56,807 bases of DNA, from assembly GCF_001194135.2 (NCBI RefSeq), contig NC_068987.1:98672610-98729416 (forward strand). The letters are read 5' to 3'. Shown in pieces: positions 26,105-38,976 of the stretch (position 1 is the first letter of the stretch; every line of letters starts with the position of its first letter). A program made the translations under genes and the position numbers. Below the pieces are notes generated by a model that was not told the origin of the DNA, made no database searches, and saw nothing but the letters and a program-made list of their open reading frames with translations. The DNA comes from Octopus bimaculoides. Its lineage: Eukaryota.

Positions 26105-26150
26105 TATTTATGAGGTTTATGACCCTACTGGGTCATAAACCTCATAAATA
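26105..26150. other. Perfect 21-bp inverted repeat with 4-nt loop
   Basis: tatttatgaggtttatgaccc-tact-gggtcataaacctcataaata; the arms are exact reverse complements. Confidence 0.97.
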
Positions 26151-26664
26151 CTATTGCTTGGGTTTATTCTCCATTTTCATAGAAGAAATAATATAAAGAC
26201 AAGTGAGTATTGTCAAGGACGATGGACGTGTATTTTAAACAAACATAAAGGTGGAGTCAAAATATTACATTAATTTTTAACAAATACAGTGAATTATATC
26301 ATCTTTTATATAAAAAAAAACACTCTTATCTGAAGGTTGTTGAATAAGGTTTATATTTTGTTGAATAAGGTCAATAATGGACACAAGACGAGGAAAATAG
26401 AGCAAAAATAGTGTATACGATTTTCCAGTTCGTTTATTGACGTGATATACCTGTAATTTTATCTCACTGGGACTATTCCGATTAAACATAGCATCAGCTT
26501 TATCCTAAATCAGCATTACGTTTCATCTGGCCCGTTTGATACGCAATAACACGTCTATCACACACACATAGACAGAGACACAAACCAACACTCAGACACA
26601 CACACGCATGCGCGCACACACGCATGCGCGCACACACACGCATGCGCGCGCACACACACACAAA

Positions 26665-26715
<51 letters not shown>

Positions 26716-26899
26716 TATAAAATGAGATCCTTTGGTATATCAAATGCGTGCTTGGAAGACAGATAATAGCATCTTTGGGCCACTGAACTTTTAAAGAACA
26801 AAGCAGATGGCATTTCATATTTTCCAATGAAAATCTTAAATCTTAATACAAGTTTGTGAAATTGAAAAAAGATCAAACTTTCCAATCATAATCTTAATA

Positions 26900-27240
26900 C
26901 GCGTTTGTGAAAAAGAAAAATCTAATCCATAGATCAACGACCTGTCTACTTACTCCACTCGTCGCCATGCGAGACAAACAAATCTGTGAGTCTCGTTACG
27001 ACTAATATTGATTTTGCTCAGAGAAAATATCCATTTTCAAGAACACTCTCCATATTCATCAACACCGAGAGTTTGAAAGTTCTTCTAAGATCTACTTTCT
27101 TTGCTGCTCTCGAACTTACCAACCAGCTGATATTGACTTTGTCTTACATTATATTAAGGCCGTTCCTCTCTCAACAATCCGTGGAATTCCCATTTTCTTT
27201 GTTTCCAAAAAATTCATGTAACCTAATCATTAGTTGACGA
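26900..27240 (-). mobile_element. Possible Tc1-like remnant
   Basis: Minus-strand KWIFSLSKINI...AWRRVE resembles W-x-x-V-x-F-S-D-E-S-K-F...VWRR; the catalytic DE is not retained. Confidence 0.22.
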
Positions 27241-27453
27241 TGTAACGTATCAGATGCCGTTTTTATACTCGGGAACATATAAAAAAAAGTTGTGAGATCG
27301 ACTTCGGGTATCGACCACTGTGTTTGACGTAAGACGTACTGGCCGTGCTAACAAATATCCACGCACACACACGCACGCACACACATGCGCGGCGCACAAA
27401 CATACGTGTGTGTACGTGCGTATGCGTATGTACCACGTATGTAGATACATGCA

Positions 27454-27511
<58 letters not shown>

Positions 27512-29480
27512 AACAGAGGGAGAGAGAGAGAGAGCGAGAAATCTTACTTAGAAAAGGATGTGTGGCTGTCGATTATATAATATGAATAATATATAAATAT
27601 ATGCATGTATACGTACCTACATATATACGTATATATACATGCACATATGGGTACAGGACATCAAAAACACGTGGACAGAATGAGAAACGAGTACATAAAA
27701 AAATAAAAACATAGGAAAGTAGAGCCGCGTAGCACAGAGTGTCCTTGTACACTGCTATGCTGTGCACTAAGTTTTAACGTTCTTTCGAGCACTCCCTTAT
27801 CTTCGAAACGTCTATTTAGAATAGAGGCAGCTGACGAAGCATTAGTTCCAAATGGCTATCTGTTTTCCTATGTGTTCGTTCCATTGTCTGTAGTTCATTG
27901 TTCTAACGTCCTGTACCCTGATATGCATCTATATACACATGTAGATGTAAGTATGTACATATATGTGTGTATACATGCATATATATTCTTTGTATTATTA
28001 CATCATCGAACGCACACGTCCTTCTTGCAAGTAAGTTTNNNNNNNNNNNNNNNNNNNNNNNNNNNNNNNNNNNNNNNNNNNNNNNNNNNNNNNNNNNNNN
28101 NNNNNNNNNNNNNNNNNNNNNNNNNNNNNNNNNNNNNNNNNNNNNNNNNNNNNNNNNNNNNNNNNNNNNNNNNNNNNNNNNNNNNNNNNNNNNNNNNNNN
28201 NNNNNNNNNNNNNNNNNNNNNNNNNNNNNNNNNNNNNNNNNNNNNNNNNNNNNNNNNNNNNNNNNNNNNNNNNNNNNNNNNNNNNNNNNNNNNNNNNNNN
28301 NNNNNNNNNNNNNNNNNNNNNNNNNNNNNNNNNNNNNNNNNNNNNNNNNNNNNNNNNNNNNNNNNNNNNNNNNNNNNNNNNNNNNNNNNNNNNNNNNNNN
28401 NNNNNNNNNNNNNNNNNNNNNNNNNNNNNNNNNNNNNNNNNNNNNNNNNNNNNNNNNNNNNNNNNNNNNNNNNNNNNNNNNNNNNNNNNNNNNNNNNNNN
28501 NNNNNNNNNNNNNNNNNNNNNNNNNNNNNNNNNNNNNNNNNNNNNNNNNNNNNNNNNNNNNNNNNNNNNNNNNNNNNNNNNNNNNNNNNNNNNNNNNNNN
28601 NNNNNNNNNNNNNNNNNNNNNNNNNNNNNNNNNNNNNNNNNNNNNNNNNNNNNNNNNNNNNNNNNNNNNNNNNNNNNNNNNNNNNNNNNNNNNNNNNNNN
28701 NNNNNNNNNNNNNNNNNNNNNNNNNNNNNNNNNNNNNNNNNNNNNNNNNNNNNNNNNNNNNNNNNNNNNNNNNNNATATATATATATATATATATATATA
28801 TAAGTATGTATGTGTGTATTTATATATTAATAGAGAGATAAATCTTTAATATCAAAGTTATAATGCAAATGTGCTTAGCAAATATATATGATGAACTGGC
28901 CAACCTTGATGCTAAGCCAAATAGTATAAATATATATTTGTAGAAAATAACTCCATTAGCCTGCATAAAATAATTTTACTAAGATTCACTTTTGGTAATA
29001 TTATCTCTCACTGTTTGTGCTCTGTGAGATTTAGTCAACTCTAACATTTGAAACGACAAAGTTTTATGAATTCTACCGAATTGTGTGCATTAGAGCGGAA
29101 AATAGGAGAAATACGATGCTAACGCGTTGACTCCTACTGGGCTGGAGATGGCAATCATAAAAAAGAAAAGCATTATATTAAAAAGAACAACAGGAAGAAC
29201 GATAAAATCAATAACCGTGACAATAATGTTAGTAGTAGTCGTAGTCGTAGTAGTAGTAGTAGCGTTAGTAGTAGTAGGAGTAGCAGTAGTAGTAGTATTG
29301 ATGGTGGTAGTATTGATGACGATGAGACGCTGCTGCTGTTACAGTTGTTGGTGTTGGTGTTCATGATAATGATGATGATGATGAAACGATGATATTACAG
29401 TTGTGTTAGCGTTGTTATTGTTCATGATGATGACGATGATGATGATTTATTTTATTGCCTCCTAAGTCACTGAGAACAAT

Positions 29481-29863
29481 TTGTTGTTGGCACTCCGTCG
29501 CTTACGACGTCGAGGGTTCCAGTTGATCCGATCAACGGAAAAGCCTGCTCGTGAAATTAACGTGCAAGTGGTTGAGCACTCCACAGACACGTGTACCCTT
29601 AATGTAGTTCTCGGGGATATTCAGCGTGACACAGTGTGACAAGGCTGACCCTTTGAATTATAGGCACAACAGAAATAGGAAGTAAGAGTGAGAGAAAGTT
29701 GTGGTGAAAGAGTACAGCAGGGTTCGCCACCATCCCCTGCCGGAGCTTCGTAGAGCTTTAGGTGTTTTCGCTCATAAACACTCACAACGCCTGGTCTTGG
29801 AATCGAAACCGCGATTCTATGACCGCGAGTCCGCTGCCCTACCACTGGGACATTGCGCCTCCA
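29481..29863 (-). mobile_element. tRNA-derived SINE, family C tail X with a different central body
   Basis: Minus-strand head cccagtggtagggcagcgg...gcggtttcgattcc. 29490-29660 is the reverse complement of the tail at 19000-19155. Ends in a (CAA)n tail. Confidence 0.8.
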
Positions 29864-30049
29864 CACTGAGAACGATACAAAGATTGCGAAACAACTATAC
29901 GCAAATAGATTGGATTTAGAGTGTTGAATATTAGATGTCACACATGTTTAACGATTAAGAATCATATGAAATATTCTCTAAAATATATGTAGTCTACCAA
30001 ATTAATTCGGGAGGAACCCAAGTCTCTAGCACAACGAATAATCTGTCAC

Positions 30050-31010
30050 ATCGAAAGCATCAAAGTGATCTCCTTCTTTTTCCTTCCTGCTATCTAGTGT
30101 AGGCTCATTTAGCCTAAACAGTTTCTTCATTCTTATGCATATTTCGTGAAGCAGACTTCAAAGAGAGTTCAAAGATCGGATTACTGCACAAGTTGAGCGA
30201 TAGTTGATTAGGGTAATCATTAGTAACAAGCACTGTGTCAGAGCGAAACCGGTCAGACATTTTGTAGCTCCTGAGTAGGTTTGTGAGGCTGTTCCTCTCA
30301 CTTTATCGACCACACCACATAATCCCTACGGGGTTTACCCTAAACGCACTTTTACTCACCTACTAATATTTATAATGCTTTCAAGGCGGCAAGTTAGTAG
30401 AATCGTGGCATGCTGGGCAAAATGCATAGCAGCGTTTCATCTCTCTTTATTATCTGAGTTCAAATTCCACCGAGGTTGACGATGGCTTTCATCCTTTTGG
30501 GGTTCGATAAATACCATTTGAGTACCGGCGTCAATGTAATCGACTTAATCCCGCCCCCGAAGTTGATAATAAAATTTCAAATCAATATTAAATTTGTGCC
30601 TAAGATTGTCTCTAGATGTGTTAAGAAACCTGATCTGCTCGCCACTAGTCTGATGTCCCTACCATCGCCATTGCGGTGTTTGCGTCCTAGGTTACCGACT
30701 TAGTGTCCGTGTCTAGAAAGGCGAATTTAACTCTATGTCCAGGATATTTCTAAGCAACACTGATACGCCTTTCGATTCAGGTCGGCCAAAGATGGGAACT
30801 GACCCCATATTTATCTGTAAAGGAGCTGCGCGATTTCGTCTCGGATATAATGGTTTCTAACATGACATCCGTGTACAGTGACCCGAGATCTTTGATTCTA
30901 TCCCCAGGTCAGACACATTTTAGTAAAGTCAGTTAAGTAGGGTGGGAGAAAAAAAGTAATGGAAGGAACGGTCACGAGTCCTGGTCTTCTTTTTCGAAGC
31001 CTTCTAAAAT
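30050..31010 (-). mobile_element. Decayed Tx1/L1-like ORF2 apurinic endonuclease region, interrupted by a SINE
   Basis: Collinear minus-strand fragments DVMLETIISETK, GRPESKGVSVLLRN, LVGE..., SLTNLLRSYKMSDRFRSD resemble APE motifs (QET; RGVAIL; GDxN; LxDxxR). Confidence 0.5.
30385..30602 (+). mobile_element. SINE family A
   Basis: ggcggcaagttagtagaatcg...ctgagttcaaattccaccgagg...ggctttcatccttttggggttcgataaatacc...gtaatcgact. Confidence 0.85.
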
Positions 31011-32019
31011 ATCATTTAAAATTCGCCGCGTTATTTGGAATTTTTTGTTTTTCGGGGAGGTTGATATACTTCTAGTGTGGTTTTCATCAGAAGTCTCCCT
31101 TATGACTTTTTTATATATACTTACTTTGACGAGTCCGTCACAAGGCGAGCATTGGAAAGTACATACCCCATTAATTCCTCGTTCCCCATTCGGAGAACTT
31201 AGAAATCGAGATTCTCTGATAAATTGTTGTTCTGGATGTACTTTTATATTAGTCTTCGTTCCTTTTTCTGTGCTTGTTTTTCATCTTGTAGCTGTTTTCT
31301 TAATGCGTCTTTTGTTTTTATTGTAACTGATGTTTTTGTTATTTTTGTGTTGATGTTTTATCATAACTAGTTATATACTTGCTGTTGCTTCTTTTACTGC
31401 TGCTGTCGTTGTTCGTGATGTAAATGCTGTTGATGTTACCACTGCTATTCCCATTGTTGCAGTTATCGTTGTTGGGTTGTCGGATGGTTTATCTGTTTGG
31501 CCGTGTTAATGGTGTTCTTTGGAAATTTTGGTACAATCTGATTGTTGTGGATCACCAACACATGCAAGAAAATGTGGACCTCATCCAACCACGTGTTATT
31601 GCATGCTCTTTAACACTTAAGAATTGCTAGAACAATGCCGCAAATTTATCGTACAGTGTCACCAATATCTCTAGTTGTTATATCTTGTCTTTTTCTTATA
31701 TACTTTGAAACAAACATGCGGACGGGTATCTGGCGTACCAAGTCAACCTGTGTTTTCGCCTGGTTAAAGGTCTTAAAAAGTAAACATAGATTTAATATGG
31801 TCTATCTCAGTTGAGAATGCACACCTCTTATCTCATACTGAACGAGTGTTCTCCAAATTTTTACCTTTCCAGTAAATGAAAACTCCCCGATTCTTTCTCC
31901 AACCAAAGTGTTGCATTTTACCTTGGGTACGAAAAAATTAACTTCTGTAAAACACCCAATCACACTTTGTTTTTAACGTTTCCTACAACAGATAAATTTC
32001 TATTTTCCTTTCCTATTTA

Positions 32020-32067
<48 letters not shown>

Positions 32068-32488
32068 CGAATTGCTAATGCAGTATAAGGCACTTGTGAT
32101 TGCTTAAGTGTGAATACGTTTCCAAAAGTGACTCTTCACAGTAACGTTGAAAATCGTTTTTAAAGATCTGTTTTATCTATATATAAAAGAAACCTGTTGT
32201 TATCTTTTCAATTTTAATGGATAGTATATATTCAAGCTTCCACACTTTTAGAAAGTTCCTCTTCCTTCTAGTCCAGATAAAGTATCTTGATATACTTGTA
32301 ATAATCGTTTACCAAACTACATAAAATGTAAAAATTTCTGAAAAGGAATATTATGCTTCATCCCTGGATGATGTGGTGGAGACATATTTTAAAAACCTTT
32401 GCTGGAAAATAATAATTAATAAAATCACTCTTTTCATTAGGCAAATCGTAGTAAATCCAATTCTATTCCTAGAGCTTTAAGAAAATAG

Positions 32489-34135
32489 GGTGATAGCTTA
32501 TCTCCGTTGCATTTTGTTCTCTGCATGATCCCTCTGACATTGGTACTTAAGAAAATGAACCTGGGATGTCAGCTAAAGGGAAAAACCCCCAGAGAATCAA
32601 CCACCTCCTCTTCATGGATGATTTGAAACTGTGTCGCAAGGACGAGACACAAGTGAGTTCCTTGGTGAACACGACCCACTGTTTTAGTGCTGATATTAGA
32701 ATGGAATTCGGACCTAAGAAATGTGGAATAATCTACCTAACAAGAGGAAAGTTAGTAGTGCTAGAATTACCGAATAGAAAACTGATTGAGCAAATTGAAA
32801 CGGAAGGCTACAAATAGCTGGGAAAACTGGAGTTCAACAAAATAATGGAGAAGGAAATGAAAGAACAACTAAGGATGGAATATTTCCGAAGACTGAGATT
32901 GGTGTTGCGCTCAAAATTGATCGGATGGAATAAAATCTAAGCTATTAATACTTCAACGATAGCATCACTTCTGTATGGAGCTGGAATTATAAAATGGCAA
33001 AAGAAAGAACTGATGAACGGGGATAAAAAGACAAGAAAAATGTTGATAGTACACGGAGCCTGCCACCTTAAAAGTGATACCGACAGGCCGTATTTGTCCA
33101 GAACAAAGAGTGGGAGAGGTTTGAACAGCTGCCAGGATTGTAATGAAACACAGAAAAGCAGCTTAGGGTGATATGTGGAAAATGCCGTGGAGTCTTTGTT
33201 GAAACATGCGAAGAAGGCTGGTGTCATCTAAACTGAGAATTGTATAATGAAAGAAAAAATTTGAAGTGGAAAAGAACACAATAAACAACATGCAAGGAAA
33301 AGATGTAGGACAATTTGCAAGAGATACGAACGCCAAGACAGATGCAGATGGATGAGTGACCTGAAGATAGAGACAGAAGCACTTACATGAGCTGCTCATG
33401 AACAAGCTTTAAGGACCAACTATGTGAAGTGCAGAATAGACAACACTACCGACAGAGACAAATGTAGAATGTGTGGTGAGAGGAGTGAAACAGTATGGCA
33501 TATCGTTAGCGAATGCCTGAAATTGCACAACATGAATACAAAACACGGCATGACAATGTGGAAAGAATGATCCACTGGGAGCTCTGTGGAAATCACGCCT
33601 ACAAGGAGCAAAGACGTGATATGAATAAACCCCAGAAAGAGTCACTGAAAATGAGAATTGCAAAATCCTGTGGAATAAAATGATTCAGTGCGATCTTCTG
33701 ATCAGACATCGGAAACCGGACATTGTTGTGGTGAATAAAATAGAAAGAACATGCATGATAATCGGCATAGCATGTCCCAGTGACAATATGATCAAAGAGA
33801 AAGAAGAAAAAAATAAACAACTATGACGATTTGAAGTGGGAAATAAGAAGGATGTGGTGAATGAGGAGAGTAGATAGTAATTGGTGCACTTGGAAGTATC
33901 AGCACTCAACTACCATCATGGCTGAAAAAGATTGGTGAATAAGATTGGTGAAAAAGATTGTACAAAAATCAGCATTGTTTTGAACTGGAAGAATACTTGA
34001 AGCACGACCACTAAACAAGTGACACTTTAATCTGCTGGCTGTGGACAACTGACACTTTCCATCATACCCAGCAAAATAAACTATGAGTTCTCATCACATA
34101 ACAACAACAACAACAACAACAATAATATTAATAGT
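32489..34135 (+). mobile_element. 5-prime-truncated R4/Dong-like LINE pseudogene (RT, zinc knuckle, RLE, 3-prime UTR, (ACA)n tail)
   Basis: GDSLSPLHFVLCMIPL, RINHLLFMDDLKL, DIRMEFGPKKC, YLSRTKSGRGL, CRMCGERSETVWHIVSEC (C-x2-C-x8-H-x4-C, 33463), HRKPDIVVVNK...IACP, IGALG. Frameshifts and stops present. Confidence 0.92.
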
Positions 34136-34359
34136 ATCAAAGCAGACTAGTTGCTGAAATTTACTTCAGAAATGGAAGTTGGGTGACACAAGATAATATA
34201 TAGCATTCACAGTTAAGAAAGTAAGTGATGATTAAGAAAATACCAAACTGGAACGACCCCATATCAGATAGTGTCTAGGTTTTCTGGCTCATGAATCAAC
34301 CAAATATACAAAGGTATGTCTGACTGTTTTTACTGACTGCATAAAAAAACTGAACAACA

Positions 34360-36398
34360 ACATGGATGATAAAAAGAAGGACAGTGACGATTTAGAAGGA
34401 ACATGGAAAGAATGTGGAATGAGGAAGAATGTGCTTCGTGAAAGTGCAGCGTTCATGTAGCCGTACCTTCCCATGCTCTTTCGGTTATATTTAGTTTTTC
34501 TTCTTCTCACGATGAAGTAATGGAAATTATGATTGAAGCAACGAATCGAAAATAGAAAGTTCTCTACGCTGAAAATTGGAAAGAAATAGATTATATTGAA
34601 ATAATGACATGGATAGGTCTTCATCTCAGAGCTGGATTGGACAAGGATGCCTTTAGGCCACAAAGACAGGCCCATGAATTTATCGTATTTCTAATAGTCG
34701 TAATAGGTTCAAAGAACTGGAAAGATGCGTAAGATTTGATGACATATCTACACGTTCAACTAAAAAAAAAAAATGGTAAACATAGAAAGTTGGCACCTAA
34801 GGATGAAGTTTTGCTGAGGTTTATTGAGTCATGTCAAATAAATTACAAAGCTGGCCTTTGTGTAACTATTGATGAATATCTGTTGTCCTTCAGAGGAAAA
34901 TGTTCATTCAAAGTGTACATGACATCAAAACCGAGTAAGTATGGGATAAAATGTTGTTCTATGGTTGATGCTTGTAACACCTACCTTCTAAATGTGCAGT
35001 TACACATAGGGAAAGGCCTTGAAGGTCCAGAACGACCGCAGGTTAAAAGAGTTGTTTGAGATCTCAGCAAGACTATTCTAAACTCAGGTAGAAATATTAC
35101 ACGTGAAAATTTTTTTTACTGATGTTGGTCTTGCTGTAGAACTACTTACAAACAATGCAACGATATTAGAAACTGTCAGAAAGAATAAACTTGAAATACT
35201 TCCATCATTCCAAGCTTTTCAGGGTCGTCAATTATTTTTAACACCGTTCGGCTTCAGCAAAGAGCATCATCTTATGATGTGCAGTGATGTTCCAGAAGTA
35301 AATAAGGCAGCTATCTTACTGAGCACTAAGCATTATGACAACAAAGTACAAGAAATTGAACATTTCAAACCAGATATGATTGCAGACTATAATACAACTG
35401 AAGGTAGTGTAGAGACATCAGATCAATTAGTCAATAACTACTCATGTAAACGCATAACAAATAGCCTTTAGTTATTTTCTGCCTTCAGCTATTTTCTGCT
35501 GTATGTATTATGTCGCAGCATATAATTCTGCTGTTTGCTTCATGGAAAAAGAAGCTGATGCATACAGAGGACATCAAAAGCGTTGGTCTATCCTTTTAGA
35601 TTTGTCTAAACAACATTACAAACAGCAAATCCAACGTCGTTTCTTCACAGAACGCACAATACTAACAAAACATGTTGTAGTGTGCATGGAAGCCTTTGAG
35701 AGTGGCGAAACAGCAGGACCATCCCAGCATCAACCCCAAGAAAAACGAAAAATACGTTCTAAAAAGTTTCCAAGACAGCTTGACATGAAAACAAAGAAAT
35801 CATGCACAGTATATACTGAGCCTATTTGTGATGCCCATTCTAACTCTGCTTGTAATGATTATGTTCCACGATCTGATGAATTATAAGTCAATTTTCTTCG
35901 TATTTGTACTGGTATGAATCGACATACAAACTAATTTTGTTTTATTGCTTATTTAGTGTTATATGTATAGTTTATGGAATTATAAAAACATGTTCATTTC
36001 TTTCAATAAAAGTTTATCTTTCAACAAAAGTTTTAAAGGCGGCGAGTTGGCAGAAACTTTAGCACGCTGGGCGCAATGCATAGCAGTATTTCGTATGTGT
36101 TTATGTTCTGAGTTCAAATTCCGCCGAGGTCGACTTTACCTTTCATCCTTTCGGGGGGTTGATAAATTAAGTACCGGTTGCGTACTGGTGTCGATCTAAT
36201 CGACTGGCCACCTACCAAACAAATTTCGGGCCTTGTACCTAGAGTAGAAAAGCATAAATTATATTATATGCACTCACATATATACAAGATTAAAAAATAT
36301 TACTTTATGGTTAGTGCGGAAATCCGCAAAAATAAAAGGGGTCCCTCAGGAACCCAAAGGCCTTTTGTGTAATTCCAGCCCCGCCTGCACACGAAGGG
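34360..36398 (+). mobile_element. Decayed piggyBac-superfamily transposon (transposase pseudogene; right end retained, left end missing)
   Basis: DEVMEIMIEATNR; EIMTWIGLHLRAG; CVTIDEYLLSFRGKCSFKVYMTSKPSKYGIK (first Asp); NITRENFFT; TVRKNK; LLSTKH; DYNTTEGSVETSDQ; Cys-rich tail KKSCTVYTEPICDAHSNSAC. Terminus ...gcacacgaaGGG followed by TTAA at 36399-36402. Several stops and frameshifts. Confidence 0.9.
36038..36257 (+). mobile_element. SINE family A inserted in the piggyBac 3-prime subterminal region
   Basis: Near-consensus copy: ggcggcgagttggcagaaac...gagttcaaattccgccgaggtcgactttacctttcatcctttcggggggttgataaattaagtacc...tcgatctaatcgactggcc. Confidence 0.9.
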
Positions 36399-37282
36399 TT
36401 AAATGAGGTACGAGTGAGGAAGAAGAATTTAGTGTTTGGATTGATAGATTAAAGGAAGGTTTACTACAATGTCCGACACAGCTGATTCTTGGAGTGATTG
36501 AGGACGCTCGGAGTCAATGAAAAGAAAACAACTTGCAGGAAAAAGCAATGAGAGTGTGGGGTGTAGAACTGGCTTATGCAAATGAATTGCTAGGCAGCGT
36601 GAAAATACGCTTGGTCATTTTCCAAGGACACTCTCTCTTTACATTACTCTTCGTCATTGTGCTAATCCTTCTGACAACTACACTTAGAAATTTCAGGCCT
36701 GCTTATGAATTTACCAAATCCAAGATGACAATAAACCACCTACTTTATATGGATTAACTCAAGCAGTATACAATAAATGAGACAAACTTGGATTCTTTGA
36801 TGCAAACAGTGAGGGTATTATCTGAAGATATTGGAATGCAGTTTGATTTAAATAAGTGCGCAGGATAAATATTTGATGAGAGGCCGGAAGGTAAATTCTG
36901 GTTCCATAAAATTACCACAAGACTGTGAAACAATGAGGGTTAAAAATACCTAGGAGTTCTGAAAGACAACTGGATAATGGAGTGAGAAATGAGAAACATA
37001 CCCAATAAAGACTATAAGAGGAAAATGAGGAAGTTACCCGAAAAAAAAAATTGAGTGGAGGGAACATTAATAAAGCCATAAATTAATGAAATATGCCATA
37101 ACTGAGATACACTGTTTCCTTTCTGAAATGGAAAAAGGTTGTGCTGCAGAAATTGAGTAGAACTAAAAGAGCTGCTCTTAATGCACAACGCGCCACACCC
37201 TAAAGGGAATACCAATCGATTCTTATCTACCAAGAAAGGAAGGTGGCAGAAGATTACTAAACGCAGAAGACACTACACTATT

Positions 37283-37489
37283 TACTATTTTTTACTATTT
37301 TACATGTTTCAGTAATTTGATTGCGGCCATGCTGGAGCACCGCCTTTAGTCGAGCAGATCGACCACAGGACTTATTCTTTGCAAGACTAGTACTTATTCT
37401 ATCCATATCTTTTGCCGAACCGCTAAGTTACGGGGACGTAAACACACCACCATCTGTTGTCAAGCGATGTTNNNNNNNNNNGGGACAAT

Positions 37490-37525
<36 letters not shown>

Positions 37526-37734
37526 CACACACAGACACACACACATATATATATACACATATACATATATACGACGGGCTTCTTTCAGTTTCCGTCTACC
37601 AAATCCACTCACAAGGCTTTGGTCGGCCTGAGGCTATAGTAGGAGACACGTGCCCAAAGTACCACGCAGTGGGAATGAACCCGGTACTATGTGGTTGGTA
37701 GGCAAGCTACTTACCACACAGCCACTCCTGCGCC
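37283..37734 (-). mobile_element. Full-length composite SINE family B
   Basis: Minus strand: gcaggagtggctgtgtggtaag head, accttgggcacgtgtc CORE-like segment, internal (TA)n(TG)n, 3-prime module. Candidate TSD ctatt at 37278-37282 and 37735-37739. Confidence 0.92.
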
Positions 37735-38529
37735 CTATTGATATTGCGATACTGGTTCTGAAAAATTATGTTGTGCAGAGTAAAGAAAGAATTCAATCAG
37801 CAGCCAGAGATACGCAAAAAGTGACTGAAACATTAGGAGGATTCAACAAGAAAAGGAAGAATAACAGAACAAACAATGGAACTACATATTTAATTCATGC
37901 AACAAACAGAAAATGTCTGAAGTGAAGAGCGCTTGCTCTGGTGTACAGACTGGATCTTGAAATGAGAGACAAAAGCGCTAATTGTAGTCGCTCAGTAGCA
38001 AAAACAAATCCGATAAATGTAAGGCTCGATAAAAACTCAGACAGCAAATATTGAATCTGCAGGAAAGGAGACGAAAGTATCAATCACCTTTCGAGAGACT
38101 GCAGTATACTAGCACAAAAGGATTATAAGTGCAGATTTGACTGTGTTGGCAAAAGACTGTGGTGCGTTGTTAATCGAGTGTGTGGCTTCGAAAGTAGAGA
38201 AATGTGATATGATAGAAAATGATAGTTACAAGATCTTGTGAGATTTCCCCCATTAAGACAGATATGATCATAGAGGATGTTATATAAACAAACGGTAGAG
38301 GACGATAGATTTTGTAACTACTTATGATGGCAGGGTCAATACTAAAAAGAAAATTGAAAAAATCGAGAACTATCAGGATCTAATCAGAGAGCTGAGGAGA
38401 CTGTGGGAGACAACGGAAACAGTTATTCCTGTAGGAATTGGCGCACTAGGCTCAACATTAAAAATGCTGCCCAAAAGACCGAAAGAGACTGGATTTGAAA
38501 CTCGCATTTTCGGCCTGCAGAAAAGTACT

Positions 38530-38717
38530 TTTCATTACTTTACTTGTTTCTGTCATTTGATTGCGGCTATGCTGGAGCACCACCTTTAGTCGAACAAATC
38601 GACCCCAGGACTTATTTTTTGTAAGCCTAGTACTTATTCTATCGGTCTCTTGTAACGAACCACTAAGTTATGGGGACGTAAACACACCAACACCGGTTGG
38701 GAAGCGATGGTAGGGGA

Positions 38718-38765
<48 letters not shown>

Positions 38766-38976
38766 TATACATATATATATATATATATATATGTGTATAT
38801 ATATATATATATACGATGGGCTTCTTTCAGTTTCCATTTACCAAAATCCACTCACAAGGCTTTGGTCGGCCCGAGGATATAGTAGAAGACACTTGCTCAA
38901 GACGCCTCGCAGTGGGACTGAACCCAGAACCATGTAGTTGGTAAGCAAGCTACTTACCACACAGCCACTCCTGCAT
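38530..38976 (-). mobile_element. Full-length composite SINE family B (gap-free copy)
   Basis: Same architecture: head and CORE-like part 38813-38976, microsatellite about 38720-38812, 3-prime module 38530-38719. Confidence 0.93.

Noticed and set aside
27872-28849. ORFs spanning N runs (also 2495-3086, 10793-11320, 45183-45885, 47942-48513, 50463-50823, 52666-53405, 55256-56246)
   Set aside because: Their length comes from unknown bases and dinucleotide repeats.
34736-35886. Domesticated PGBD-like host gene
   Set aside because: Multiple stops and frameshifts, the second and third catalytic Asp positions read Glu, and a transposon end with TTAA is retained.
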